DNA from: Macrostomum hystrix
Lineage: Eukaryota > Animalia > Platyhelminthes
Assembly: GCA_950097015.1 (NCBI GenBank)
Contig: CATNEN010000024.1
Coordinates: 4,774,001 to 4,838,000, forward strand
Reading direction: 5' to 3'
Length of the DNA: 64,000 nucleotides
Shown here piece by piece: positions 12,803-23,992 of the stretch. The position numbers and the translations under genes are program-made. Position 1 is the first letter of the stretch; each line of letters starts with the position of its first letter. The notes beneath the pieces were generated by a model that saw nothing but the letters and a program-made list of their open reading frames with translations, was not told the origin of the DNA and ran no database searches.

Positions 12803-13825
12803 GCGACAGTGAGGGAGGTATAGACTAAGGTAGAGTGAGGGAGGAGACCGCCAAGGGACGCATTCGCTGCATCCTATAAAAGAGTTTATCTGCAGTTGCT
12901 GCAGCTGCTGGTAGGCGGGCTGGTTGTTCCGCAGATCGGAGCACATAAACTGCATGGCACTTAAACGAGGCCGAACTTTACGACATGGGTGCGCAGCAGA
13001 CACAGCAGCGGTGTAAGTCAATAGGAGAATAGGCTTCCACAGCTGCTGGTTCCACTCCCTCCGAACCTAGGCTTATGGCATAGGCTATAGCACTCACCGC
13101 TGGTGTGTGAGTGTGGGATGGGAGACTAGAAGCGCGGCAGATCGTAAATGCCGACAGAATAGGCGCGGTAGATGGCAAAAGTGGCGTGGAGCGGCGACAG
13201 TCTCCGAGCCAGGTCCCCACCCAACAGACCCGCACATGCCTCCATCCTGTGGGACAAGGACGTTAACGCATTGATAGATGGCGGAGTGATATTATAGCTT
13301 TAGTCAGGCAGGGATGCTGGAGGCCGCATCAGCTCAGAGGGGCGGAGTGATGTCGGCTGCAATAGGTCCCCGCAGCCAGTTTATGATGCAGGCTGGGGCC
13401 TGCCCCGGTGATATCAATCCTCATCCGTTTTGTAGGGCTTGCTGCCGGAATGGGAGGGGGAAATTCGAGGAAAGGGGATTAACCTGCCAGATTAAGGGAA
13501 ATAATCTACATTTTGTCAGGCTGCGCACCAGCGAAGGCTGGAGTTAAAGCGAGCGGTGAAGCGATAACAGAGGCCGAGTGGATAAGAGAGGGTGCCATTG
13601 TGCCCGCTATAGTCGGCAACATTGACATCTCGGCGCGCCTGGCATGATAAGACCAGAGAAGCGACATTAGGGGCGGACTGTGTAGCAATCCTAGATCATG
13701 CGTGCGATCGTGGAGGTCCGAGTGGAAATTTTATGCAATTCTCATAGGGGACTCCCCTTCTACGCTGTGGATGCATTACCATTGGAAGGATGATCCTCTC
13801 AGGCTGCTCTGGCACTATTGTCAAA

Positions 13826-14628
13826 TCCCATCTCCTTCCGCTTCCCATCTCCTTTCGCTTCCCATCTCCTCTCGCTTCCCATCTCTCGCTTCCCATCTCC
13901 TCTCGCTTCCCATCTACATCCGCTTCCCATCTCCTCTCGTTTCCCATCTGCATCCGCTTCCCATCTCCATCCACTTCCCATCTGCATCCGCTTCCCATCT
14001 ACATCCGCTTCCCATCTGCATCCGCTTCTTATCTAGATCCGCTTCCCATCTCCTTCCGATTCCCATCTCCATCCACTTCCCATCTGCATCCGCTTCCAAT
14101 CTACATCCGCTTCCCATCTGCATCTGCTTCCCATCTACATCCGCTTCCCATCTGCATCCGCTTCCCATCTCCATCCGCTTCCCATCTCCATCCACTTCCC
14201 ATCTGCATCCGCTTCCTATCTGCATCCGCTTCCTATCTCCTTCCGCTTCCCATCTCCTCTCGCTTCCCATCTCCTTCCGCTTCCCATCTCCTTCCGCTTC
14301 CCATCTCCTCTCGCTTCCCATCTCCTTCCGCTTCCCATCTCCTCTAGCTTCCCATCTCCTCTCACTTCCCATCTCCTCTCGCTTCCCATCTCCTCTCGCT
14401 TCCCATCTCCCCTCGCTTCCCATCTCCTCTCGCTTCTCATCTCCCCTCGCTTCCCATCTCCCCTCGCTTCCCATCTCCTCTCGCTTCCCATCTCTCCTCG
14501 CTTCCCATCTCCTCTCGCTTCCCATCTCCTCTCGCTTCCCATCTCCTCTCGCTTCCCATCTCCTTCCGCTTCCCATCTCCTCTAGCTTCCCATCTCCTCT
14601 CGCTTCCCATCTCCCCTCGCTTCCCATC
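13826..14628. repeat. Minisatellite, 17-bp unit CTTCCCATCTCCTCTCG (central part variant CTTCCCATCTGCATCCG)
   Basis: Direct periodicity; unit is the reverse complement of the 16175-17499 array unit. Confidence 0.95.
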
Positions 14629-15414
14629 ACGGCATTGAAAGGAAAATATTTTATTGATTAACGAGAGCACGGTCCCACACAGCGTGCTCAAATCATATAA
14701 TCACTTCACAGTCCCTTCACAGTCTTCATCTTCTCCTCCCAATATGGATTTTCAACTCTCACTCTCGTGGCATTTTTCCTTTTAACAGGGCCGCATTCAG
14801 TCGGCCCCCTTTCTTCTTCTTCCCCCCCTAGTCTTCCCACATGCGCAATCTGCATTCCTTCTTGAACTCTCTATTTTTCTCTCTCTCAGCCGCAGAGCAA
14901 TGCAATGCCAATGCTGAGAACTGGCGGGTGGGTCGGCCGCCGCGGTACAGGAAAGTGCCGAGTGACTGAGGAACTGTGGGGAAAGAAAGAGAGCAAGAGG
15001 AAGTGGGCGGGCGGGGCGGGAAGCTGCGGAGAATGATGCGAAGGTGTCGGGTGAGATCCTTGTCGACAGAAAAAATCCCCTTCGACCGTCTGTAGTTGAG
15101 GGGCGAGTTAATGAGTAAGCCGGTGCTGGGGATATATTTGACCCTAAGTGAGCCAGGTGTACCAAAGCTGTATAATAGCATAGAGTCCTACACAAGCAAC
15201 TCGATACTCATCTGCTACTCAGGAACAGAGTTCCCCAGCGCTGGTTTTCAATTGCTCTCTCTAAATGACTGTTTTAGGCGGCAGTTTCTGTTAATCAAAA
15301 TGCTGGGATTTCAAATTCTACAAGGTCTGAATTTCTAATAGAAGACAGATAGGACGAAAACTTTGATCGGCGGTTAAATTACCATGTTTAGGTAACTACC
15401 TGTAAGAAAAAGAT

Positions 15415-16170
15415 AATCAGCTGTCAGTCTCTCAAAATAGAGACAGCTGTGTGACTCTCACAGGAATCAGCAGTCACTCTCTCAAAATAGAGACAGTTGT
15501 GTGACTCTCACAGGAATCAGCAGTCACTCTCTCAAAATAGAGACAGTTGTGTGACTCTCACAGGAATCAGCAGTCACTCTCTCAAAATAGAGACAGTTGT
15601 GTGACTCTCACAGGAATCAGCAGTCACTCTCTCAAAATAGAGACAGTTGTGTGACTCTCACAGGAATCAGCAGTCACTCTCTCAAAATAGAGACAGTTGT
15701 GTGACTCTCACAGGAATCAGCAGTCACTCTCTCAAAATAGAGACAGCTGTGTGACTCTCACAGGAATCAGCTGTCACTCTCTCAAAATAGAGACAGTTGT
15801 GTGACTCTCACAGGAATCAGCTGTCACTCTCTCAAAATAGTGACAGCTGTGTGACTCTCACAGGAATCAGCAGTCACTCTCTCAAAATAGAGACAGTTGT
15901 GTGACTCTCACAGGAATCAGCAGTCACTCTCTCAAAATAGAGACAGTTGTGTGACTCTCACAGGAATCAGCAGTCACTCTCTCATAATAGAGACAGTTGT
16001 GTGACTCTCACAGGAATCGGCAGTCACTCTCTCAAAATAGAGACAGCTGTGTGACTCTCACAGGAATCAGCAGTCACTCTCTCAAAATAGAGACAGCTGT
16101 GTGACTCTCACAGGAATCAGCTGGGTGACTCACAGGAGAATCAGTTGTGTGACTCTCACAGGAGAATCAG
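15415..16170. repeat. Minisatellite, 50-bp unit GTGACTCTCACAGGAATCAGCAGTCACTCTCTCAAAATAGAGACAGTTGT
   Basis: Period of 50 read directly, ~15 copies. Confidence 0.96.
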
Positions 16171-16174
16171 CTGG

Positions 16175-17499
16175 GCGAGAGGAGATGGGAAGCGAGAGGA
16201 GATGGGAAGCGAGAGGAGATGGGAAGCGAGAGGAGATGGGAAGCGAGAGGAGATGGGAAGCGAGAGGAGATGGGAAGCGAGAGGAGATGGGAAGCGAGAG
16301 GAGATGGGAAGCGAGAGGAGATGGGAAGCGAGAGGAGATGGGAAGCGAGAGGAGATGGGAAGCGAGAGGAGATGGGAAGCGAAAGGAGATGGGAAGCGAG
16401 AGGAGATGGGAAGCGAGAGGAGATGGGAAGCGAGAGGAGATGGGAAGCGAGAGGAGATGGGAAGCGAGAGGAGATGGGAAGCGAGAGGAGATGGGAAGCG
16501 AGAGGAGATGGGAAGCGAGAGGAGATGGGAAGCGAGAGGAGATGGGAAGCGAAAGGAGATGGGAAGCGAGAGGAGATGGGAAGCAAAAGGAGATGGGAAG
16601 CGAGAGGAGATGGGAAGCGAGAGGAGATGGGAAGCGAGAGGAGATGAGAAGCGAGAGGAGATGAGAAGCGAGAGGAGATGGGAAGCGAGAGGAGATGGGA
16701 AGCGAGAGGAGATGGGAAGCGAGAGGAGATGGGAAGCGAGATGAGATGGGAAGCGAGAGGAGATGGGAAGCGAGAGGAGATGGGAAGCGAGAGGATATGG
16801 GAAGCGAGAGGAGATGGGAAGCGAGAGGAGATGGGAAGCGGGAGGAGATGGGAAGCGAGAGGAGATGGGAAGCGAGAGGAGATGGGAAGCGAGAGGAGAT
16901 GGGAAGCGAGAGGAGATGGGAAGCGAGAGGAGATGGGAAGCGAGAGGAGATGGGAAGCGAGAGGAGATGGGAAGCGAGAGGAGATGGGAAGCGAGAGGAG
17001 ATGGGAAGCGAGAGGAGATGGGAAGCGAGAGGAGATGGGAAGCGAGAGGAGATGGGAAGCGAGAGGAGATGGGAAGCGAGAGGAGATGGGAAGCGAGAGG
17101 AGATGGGAAGCGAGAGGAGATGGGAAGCGAGAGGAGATGGGAAGCGAGAGGAGATGGGAAGCGAGAGGAGATGGGAAGCGAAAGGAGATGGGAAGCGAGA
17201 GGAGATGGGAAGCGAGAGGAGATGGGAAGCGAGAGGAGATGGGAAGCGAGAGGAGATGGGAAGCGAGAGGAGATGGGAAGCGAGAGGAGATGGGAAGCGA
17301 GAGGAGATGGGAAGCGAAAGGAGATGGGAAGCGAGAGGAGATGGGAAGCGAGAGGAGATGGGAAGCGAGAGGAGATGGGAAGCGAGAGGAGATGGGAAGC
17401 GAGAGGAGATGGGAAGCGAGAGGAGATGGGAAGCGAGAGGAGATGGGAAGCGAAAGGAGATGGGAAGCGAGAGGAGATGGGAAGCGAGAGGAGATGGGA
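16175..17499. repeat. Minisatellite, 17-bp unit GGGAAGCGAGAGGAGAT (~78 copies)
   Basis: Highly homogeneous periodicity. Confidence 0.98.
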
Positions 17500-18019
17500 G
17501 ATGACTCTCACAGGAGAATCGGTTGTGACGCCAGCGGCAGTCTGAAATCGAGCTTTAATTTAGCTCACAATTTCTTGACACTTGAATTGAACTTTCGAAT
17601 GTGCTAGTGAGATGGAATCAATAACAACGAGGCGAGCTCTTCAAGCTTCAAAGAGAACAATTAAAATTGCTGTAGGCGGCACACACACACACACGCACAT
17701 ATCGTGAAAGTTTTAATTAAACAATTCAACAAAACCAACACCCACAATGCGACACCAGTGATTCTCTGTTGCCTTTGAAGTGCCGACATTGTTCCGTGTT
17801 TAGGCATATTAAACAGCATTGCTGTTGCCAAATTCTTATTAATGCGACAACGGATATCGGCGGGTTGTCGGCGAAATGGAAAATTGCGTAACAACGTTAA
17901 ACTTTGCGCAAAATTAAAAATAGACTTTTCTTTGAATTATGAGATTTCTCGACCTCAAATCTCAACCTTGCATCAAACTATCGCTTCGGCAAAAAATATG
18001 CAACGGTCTTATCCCTTTT

Positions 18020-18252
18020 CAGATCTCATCCTACTCAAATCCCATCCTGCTCAGATCCCATCCTGCTCAGATCCCATCCTGCTCAGATCCCATCCTGCTC
18101 AGATCCCATCCTGCTCAGATTCCATCCAGCTCAGATCCCATCCTGCTCAGATCCCATCCAGCTCAAATGCCATCCTGCTCAGATGCCATCCTGCTCAGAT
18201 CCCATCCTGCTCAGATCCCATCCTGCTCAGATCCCATCCTGCTCAGATCCCA
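18020..18252. repeat. Minisatellite, 16-bp unit CTCAGATCCCATCCTG
   Basis: Direct periodicity. Confidence 0.93.
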
Positions 18253-18924
18253 TGCTATATAGTTTGTATTCTTAACTGAGCTCCCTTGACCCTTCAACTA
18301 AATTTTTCTTGAAACCTAACCTTATCAAACAAAGAAGGAGATGAAAGAGAGAGAGTGGAAATAAAACGAAATCTCATACCCCGGCAATGAATAATATTTG
18401 CATCTTTAGTTAAAGAGTTGCTGAAAATCCAATTTTGAGTTGAGTTTAATTTGGAGTTATGAGAGAAAGCTTGACGGGATGAAAGCATGCAGGCTTATGG
18501 GACATGTATAGGGTCAAAAAGCTGTGTTCATTGCCTAGATGATTGCACACATACCCATATAGTCAAACAATTCTCAAAAAACATGTAGAGTTTTTCATTG
18601 AATGTAATTTCATACTGGCTAATTTCTGCAGCAAGAATCATATTTAAAGGATTTTTTAAAAGAAAGGTAGTGGTTGAGCAGTCTAAAAGGCGCCAAGCAT
18701 AGGAATGTCTATTGCTCATGAGCAGTGGCTGATATCGCCCATTTTCGTCTCTAAGGCTAAAAATCTTTGCTGGTTCTGGTGAAAGAAAATTATAAATATC
18801 TAATTTCTTTGGCTTTATAAAAAACCACGCTTAAACTGACGACCTGAGCAGGCTATTGCTGGATTGAGCAGTTAAAGCAAGTCTGTCATTGATCAGACTT
18901 TCAGTGTTTGCTGAATTCCATTAA

Positions 18925-19326
18925 GTTCAGGGAATATAGAATCTGAGTCTCATGAAGTTCAGGAAATATGGAATCTTAGGTTCATGAAGTTCAGGGAATA
19001 TGGAATCTGAGTCTCATGAAGTTCAGGGAATATGGAATCTGAGGTTCCTGAAGTTCAGGGAATATAGAATCTGAGGTTCCTGAAGTTCAGGGAATATGGA
19101 ATCTGAGTCTCATGAAGTTCAGGAAATATGGAATCTTAGGTTCATGAAGTTCAGGGAATATGGAATCTGAGTCTCATGAAGTTCAGGGAATATGGAATCT
19201 GAGTCTCATGAAGTTCAGGGAATATGGAATCTGAGTCTCATGAAGTTCAGGGAATATGGAATCTGAGGCTCATGAAGTTCAGGGAATATGGAATCTGAGT
19301 CTCATGAAGTTCAGGGAATATGGAAT
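18925..19326. repeat. Minisatellite, 32-bp unit GAAGTTCAGGGAATATGGAATCTGAGTCTCAT
   Basis: Direct periodicity, ~12 copies. Confidence 0.95.
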
Positions 19327-20639
19327 CTGTCCCTGAAGATCCAGCCACATGCCGCTTTTTTGCTTGTTTGTAAAAGCAATCAAACTGCATTCCAATTGTC
19401 TTCCTCAAGTCGAGAAAAAGACGAGCTATTTTCTAGAATAATTGGGAGATCCGTAACGGTCCATTGTTGTGCTTGTGGGGTCTATAGAGGCGGCAGTTTA
19501 GAAGGAGACAAACGAGTTTGAAGTGTATCCATGCCAGTATGACTGTCTCCATCTGGTCCGACTTGAGTTCAAATCCTCTTGTGCACTGACCTCATTTAAA
19601 ACTGGGGAGATGAGGATCGTGAGGAGAGGCGAGTAACGGAGACTCGACGGACGGACAAATAGGCAGGGGAGAAACAATTTTTGCGGTGGCAAAGAGACTT
19701 CCACCCACTTCCTCAGATTTCTCCCATATCTCTCATTCTTCCTAACCGGACAACCTCACCGCCCGGGTGAAGTCTTTGAGCAGGCGTCGATCCCACATTG
19801 CGGAGCGGGGCGCCAACTTTCGCTCCCCTTTTTTGCCTTTGGCCCTCCCCTTCCTCACTCCGTGGAGTCTCCTCAAGCTGGCCAAACGCCACGCGCGCAC
19901 CGCAGAGAGAGAGAGAGAGAGCGGAGGTTCGTGGCCTAGAGCAGAGAAGCATAGGGTCGGGCCGGGCGGCGCCTTTGAAGGCTGGCGGCAACTCGCCATT
20001 ATTGGACACACAATGCGGCATTCCTATAGCCGACTGTATAAGCGTATATCGTGCTCCGGTCCTCGATTATATTTTTTAGCATTTCCAAAGTCGCCCGAGC
20101 CACCGCAGTTCTGTCCAATTTTACCTTGTGGGTCATTTTTTCTCTCCCCTTTCCTCAACCGATTTCGCTTTTTTCGTGTCTAAAGGAAGTGTTTGCCCAC
20201 CGCTCTATCACTTTCCCCTTTGCCATGGCTACTCGTTTCTTCAGTTCTGCTTGTCTCAAGCTCTTTCTTTCTTGTTTGAGTATCGGCATGGATACTCAAG
20301 TAGATGAAGTGCCAATTATATTAAGTCTAATTGCACGACTGAATTTGCAGCATGAAATTTCTAAATCTAAATTCATTTACTTCACTTATCATCCCGTCTA
20401 GCAACCTGCCAAATCCCATTCTAAATGCCATTTTCCCTAATCCCCGGAGAGTCGCTATGCGCTGCTCAAAGCAACCTGGGTGGCACCGCTGGTGCGTCTG
20501 CGTGTGTGGGCCGAGACTGGATTGCGAATTTTTACGGTTGGGAGGTGGGAGGAGGATTTGGATGGGAATCAGCTCAGCTGGACACCGCCAAGCTACTTGC
20601 CTGCGTGTTGCTGTGCTTCCGTGTGTGTCCTATGCAAAT

Positions 20640-21065
20640 CCTTAGTTTCACCTCTCTAGCTCAGCGAGTCTCTATAACCGCTTTCTCACCTGTCTCATCT
20701 CTCTATCTCGCCTCCCTGTCTCATCCTGTTATCTCATCTCTCTATTTCAACTATCTGTTTCACCACTGTCTCACCTGTCTGACCTCAGACCTGTCTCACC
20801 CCCCTATCTCGCCTGTCTTATCCCTCCACCTCCCACAATGATCTCACAGTTTGTCTTATCTGTCAAACGTTTGTCTCACCCCCGTGTCTCACCCCTCTAT
20901 CACACCTGTCTCACCCTTTATGTCACCTGTCTCATCCCTCAATCACACCTCTTCTCCCCTCTATCTCGCCTGTCTTATCCCTCCGTTCCGCCTCCCACAG
21001 TAATCTCACAGTTTGTCTTATTTGTCAAACGTTTGTCTCACCATAGAGTCTCATCTATCTTCTCA
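20640..21065. repeat. Degenerate CT-rich repeat with an internal duplication
   Basis: Segment ~20808-20880 recurs at ~20960-21041. Confidence 0.6.
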
Positions 21066-21819
21066 CTCGATCAACTAATCCTCACACTATATGGAACAGT
21101 TCTGTATGATGCTACGTTTATTGAGAGACCCATTGTTTTTTTACACACGTTTTTTTCGTCTTCTGTTAGAAAAAAAAATTAATTTTTTTGGGATCCATGA
21201 CAAACTGCAGTATGCTCTATTTTATCGGATCGCTTTAAACGACCGATAAAAAAACGCAGACCCAATTTGCAAGAAGAATTGGGTTCTCCATATTTTGCAT
21301 TCCATTGAAAATACAAAGCAGAAAATAGAAAAAACACTGCCGCACCACTATAAGCTTGACCTCTTTGCAAGTCGTGAAGTGACTTCTTTTTTTAAGAGAA
21401 AATTTTTTAGTTTAAAAGCATCCTGTTATGTGTATAGAGATAGATTTCATTTTTAGAGCTTCTACTAGCACACTAAGCCCCCCTTTGGGGGGCACTACTG
21501 TTCAAACAAAAATATTGTGTAATGCAGAAGGACAAAATAAACCTGAAAGCAAACAAAAATGAAAACTCATGTCGTCAGTATTAATTTCCCTGATTGCAAA
21601 TATACACTCGTATGTGATTGCGATTCAACGAAAATTTGAATTCTCACTAAATACAAAAATAGTCTGTCTGAGACATTCAGTCTGTACACCAAGAGCCCCA
21701 TCGGGGCAAAATTACACAAGTAACTTACGTTTGATACAACTCAGCTTAATGCTACTTAAGTACATGTGAAAACTATCCCCTCAGCAGTAAAAAACCAGTG
21801 TCTCCCCAGCTGCAGAGAA

Positions 21820-22172
21820 GTAATTCCCCCCCCCCCCCAGCAGCACAGTGGTAATTCCCCCCAGCAGCAGAGCAGTAATTCCCCCCCCCAGCAGCAGAGC
21901 AGTAATTCCCCCCCCCAGCAGCAAAGCAGTAATTCCTCCCCAGCAGCAGAGCAGTAATCCCCCCCCCAGCAGCAGAGCAGTAATTCCCCCCCAGCAGCAG
22001 AGCAGTAATTCCCCCCAGCAGCAGAGCAGTAATTCCCCCCAGCAGCAGAGCAGTAATTCCCCCCCCCAGCAGCAAAGCAGTAATTCCCCCCCCCAGCAGC
22101 AGAGCAGTAATCCCCCCCCAGCAGCAGAGCAGTAATTCCCCCCCAGCAGCAGAGCAGTAATTCCCACCAGCA
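21820..22172. repeat. Helitron-internal minisatellite CAGCAGAGCAGTAATT(C)6-9 (duplicate at ~24348-24700)
   Basis: Direct periodicity with variable C-run. Confidence 0.93.
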
Positions 22173-22175
22173 GCA

Positions 22176-23460
22176 AAGAATACTGGTAAACCCACTTAGA
22201 AAACTGTTAAACACTTTTAGAAAACTGGTAAACACATTTAGAAAACTGGTAAACACATTTAGAAAGCAGTTAATCCACACTTAGAAAACTTTTAGACACA
22301 TTTAGAGAACTATAAAACACATTTAGAATACCGAGACCCAGTTTTAGAAAATTGTTAAACACGTTTAGAATACTGAAAAACAAATTAAGAATACTGGTAA
22401 ACACATTTAGAAAACTGGTAAACACTTTTAGAATACTGGTAAACACATTTAGAAAACTGTTAATTAAAAACATTTAGAATACTGGTAAACACATTTAGAA
22501 TACTGTTAAAAACATTTAGAATACTGGTAAACACATTTAGAATACTGGTAAACACATTTAGAATACTGGTAAACACTTTTAGAATACTGGTAAACACATT
22601 TAGAAAACTGTTAATTAAAAACATTTAGAATACTGGTAAACACATTTAGAAAACTGTTAAAAACATTTAGAATACTGGTAAACACATTTAGAATACTGGT
22701 AAACACATTTAGAATACTGGTAAACACTTTTAGAATACTGGTAAACACATTTAGAATACTGGTAAACACATTTAGAGTACTGGTAAACACATTTAGAATA
22801 CTGGTAAACACATTTAGAAAACTGGTAAACACATTTAGAATACTGGTAAACACTTTTAGAATACTGGTAAACGCATTTAGAATACTGGTAAAAACATTTA
22901 GAATACTGGTAAACACTTTTAGAATACTGGTAAACACGTTTAGAATACTGGTAAACACATTTAGAATACGGGTAAACACATTTAGAATACTGGTAAACAC
23001 ATTTAGAATACTGGTAAACACTTTTAGAATACTGGTAAACACATTTAGAATACTGGTAAAAATATTTAGAATACTGGTAAACACTTTTAGAATACTGGTA
23101 AACACGTTTAGAATACTGTTAAAAACATTTAGAATACTGGTAAAAACATTTAGAATACTGATAAACACTTTTAGAATACTGGTAAACACATTTAGAAAAC
23201 TGGTAAACACTTTTAGAATACTGGTAAACACATTTAAAAAACTGTTAATTAAAAACATTTAGAATACTGCTAAACACATTTAGAATACTGGTAAACACAT
23301 TTAGAATACTGGTAAACACTTTTAGAATACTGGTAAACACATTTAGAATACTGGTAAAGACATTTAGAAAACTGTTAAAAGCATTAAGAATACTGTTAAA
23401 CACATTAAAAAACTGTTGGACACATTAAAAAACGGTTGGACATTTAAACAACTGTTGGAC
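22176..23460. repeat. Helitron-internal minisatellite, 21-bp unit ACTGGTAAACACATTTAGAAT (duplicate at ~24704-25988)
   Basis: Direct periodicity. Confidence 0.96.
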
Positions 23461-23992
23461 ACTTTTCTCGATTGAAATTTTGTTAAAGATTTGATGATTT
23501 ATATGTTGTAGTAAGAAAGGAGTAGATGTCTCAATATATCGTTGAATTGAAGTCTGCTATGCACATTTTACCTATTCAAATCAAACACACACACACACAC
23601 ACGGGTGAGAAAAGCTGTGATGTAATCTATTTATAAATTCGTACTGACTGTCTCGTCAGTGGGGTTGACATAGCTATGTACATTTGACACAGTGAAATTC
23701 TTATTAGTATACTCACTATTAACAAAACTGGCCCTGATGCAATCATTAAAATTGGCAGTGGAATGCACGTTGACAAAACTGGCTCTGATGAAATGCATTA
23801 AAAATCCTATCTAAAACAGTTTTTCGAATATTTAATCCCCTTAACAATGAAGTTAAGCTTATTAAAAATACGTGTAAAATTCTGCCCATATTTAGCATCT
23901 TTTGGTGAAGAAATGGTGAAAATCGGTTGAGCCGTTCGGGAGAAAATCAATTACAAGCAACCAACCAAGCATTTCATTTTTAGTATATTAGA

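Larger units (their letters stand above)
21465..23992 (-). mobile_element. Non-autonomous Helitron, copy 1 (2528 bp)
   Basis: On the - strand it starts TCTAATATACTAAAAATG at 23992 and ends with hairpin GCCCCCC-AAA-GGGGGGC (21477-21493), 8 nt, then CTAG (21465-21468); followed by T; no Rep/helicase ORF. Confidence 0.85.

Noticed and set aside
13696-17607. MGSERRWEARGDGKREE and SHLLSLPISSRFP repeat ORFs
   Set aside because: Artefacts of the 17-bp arrays
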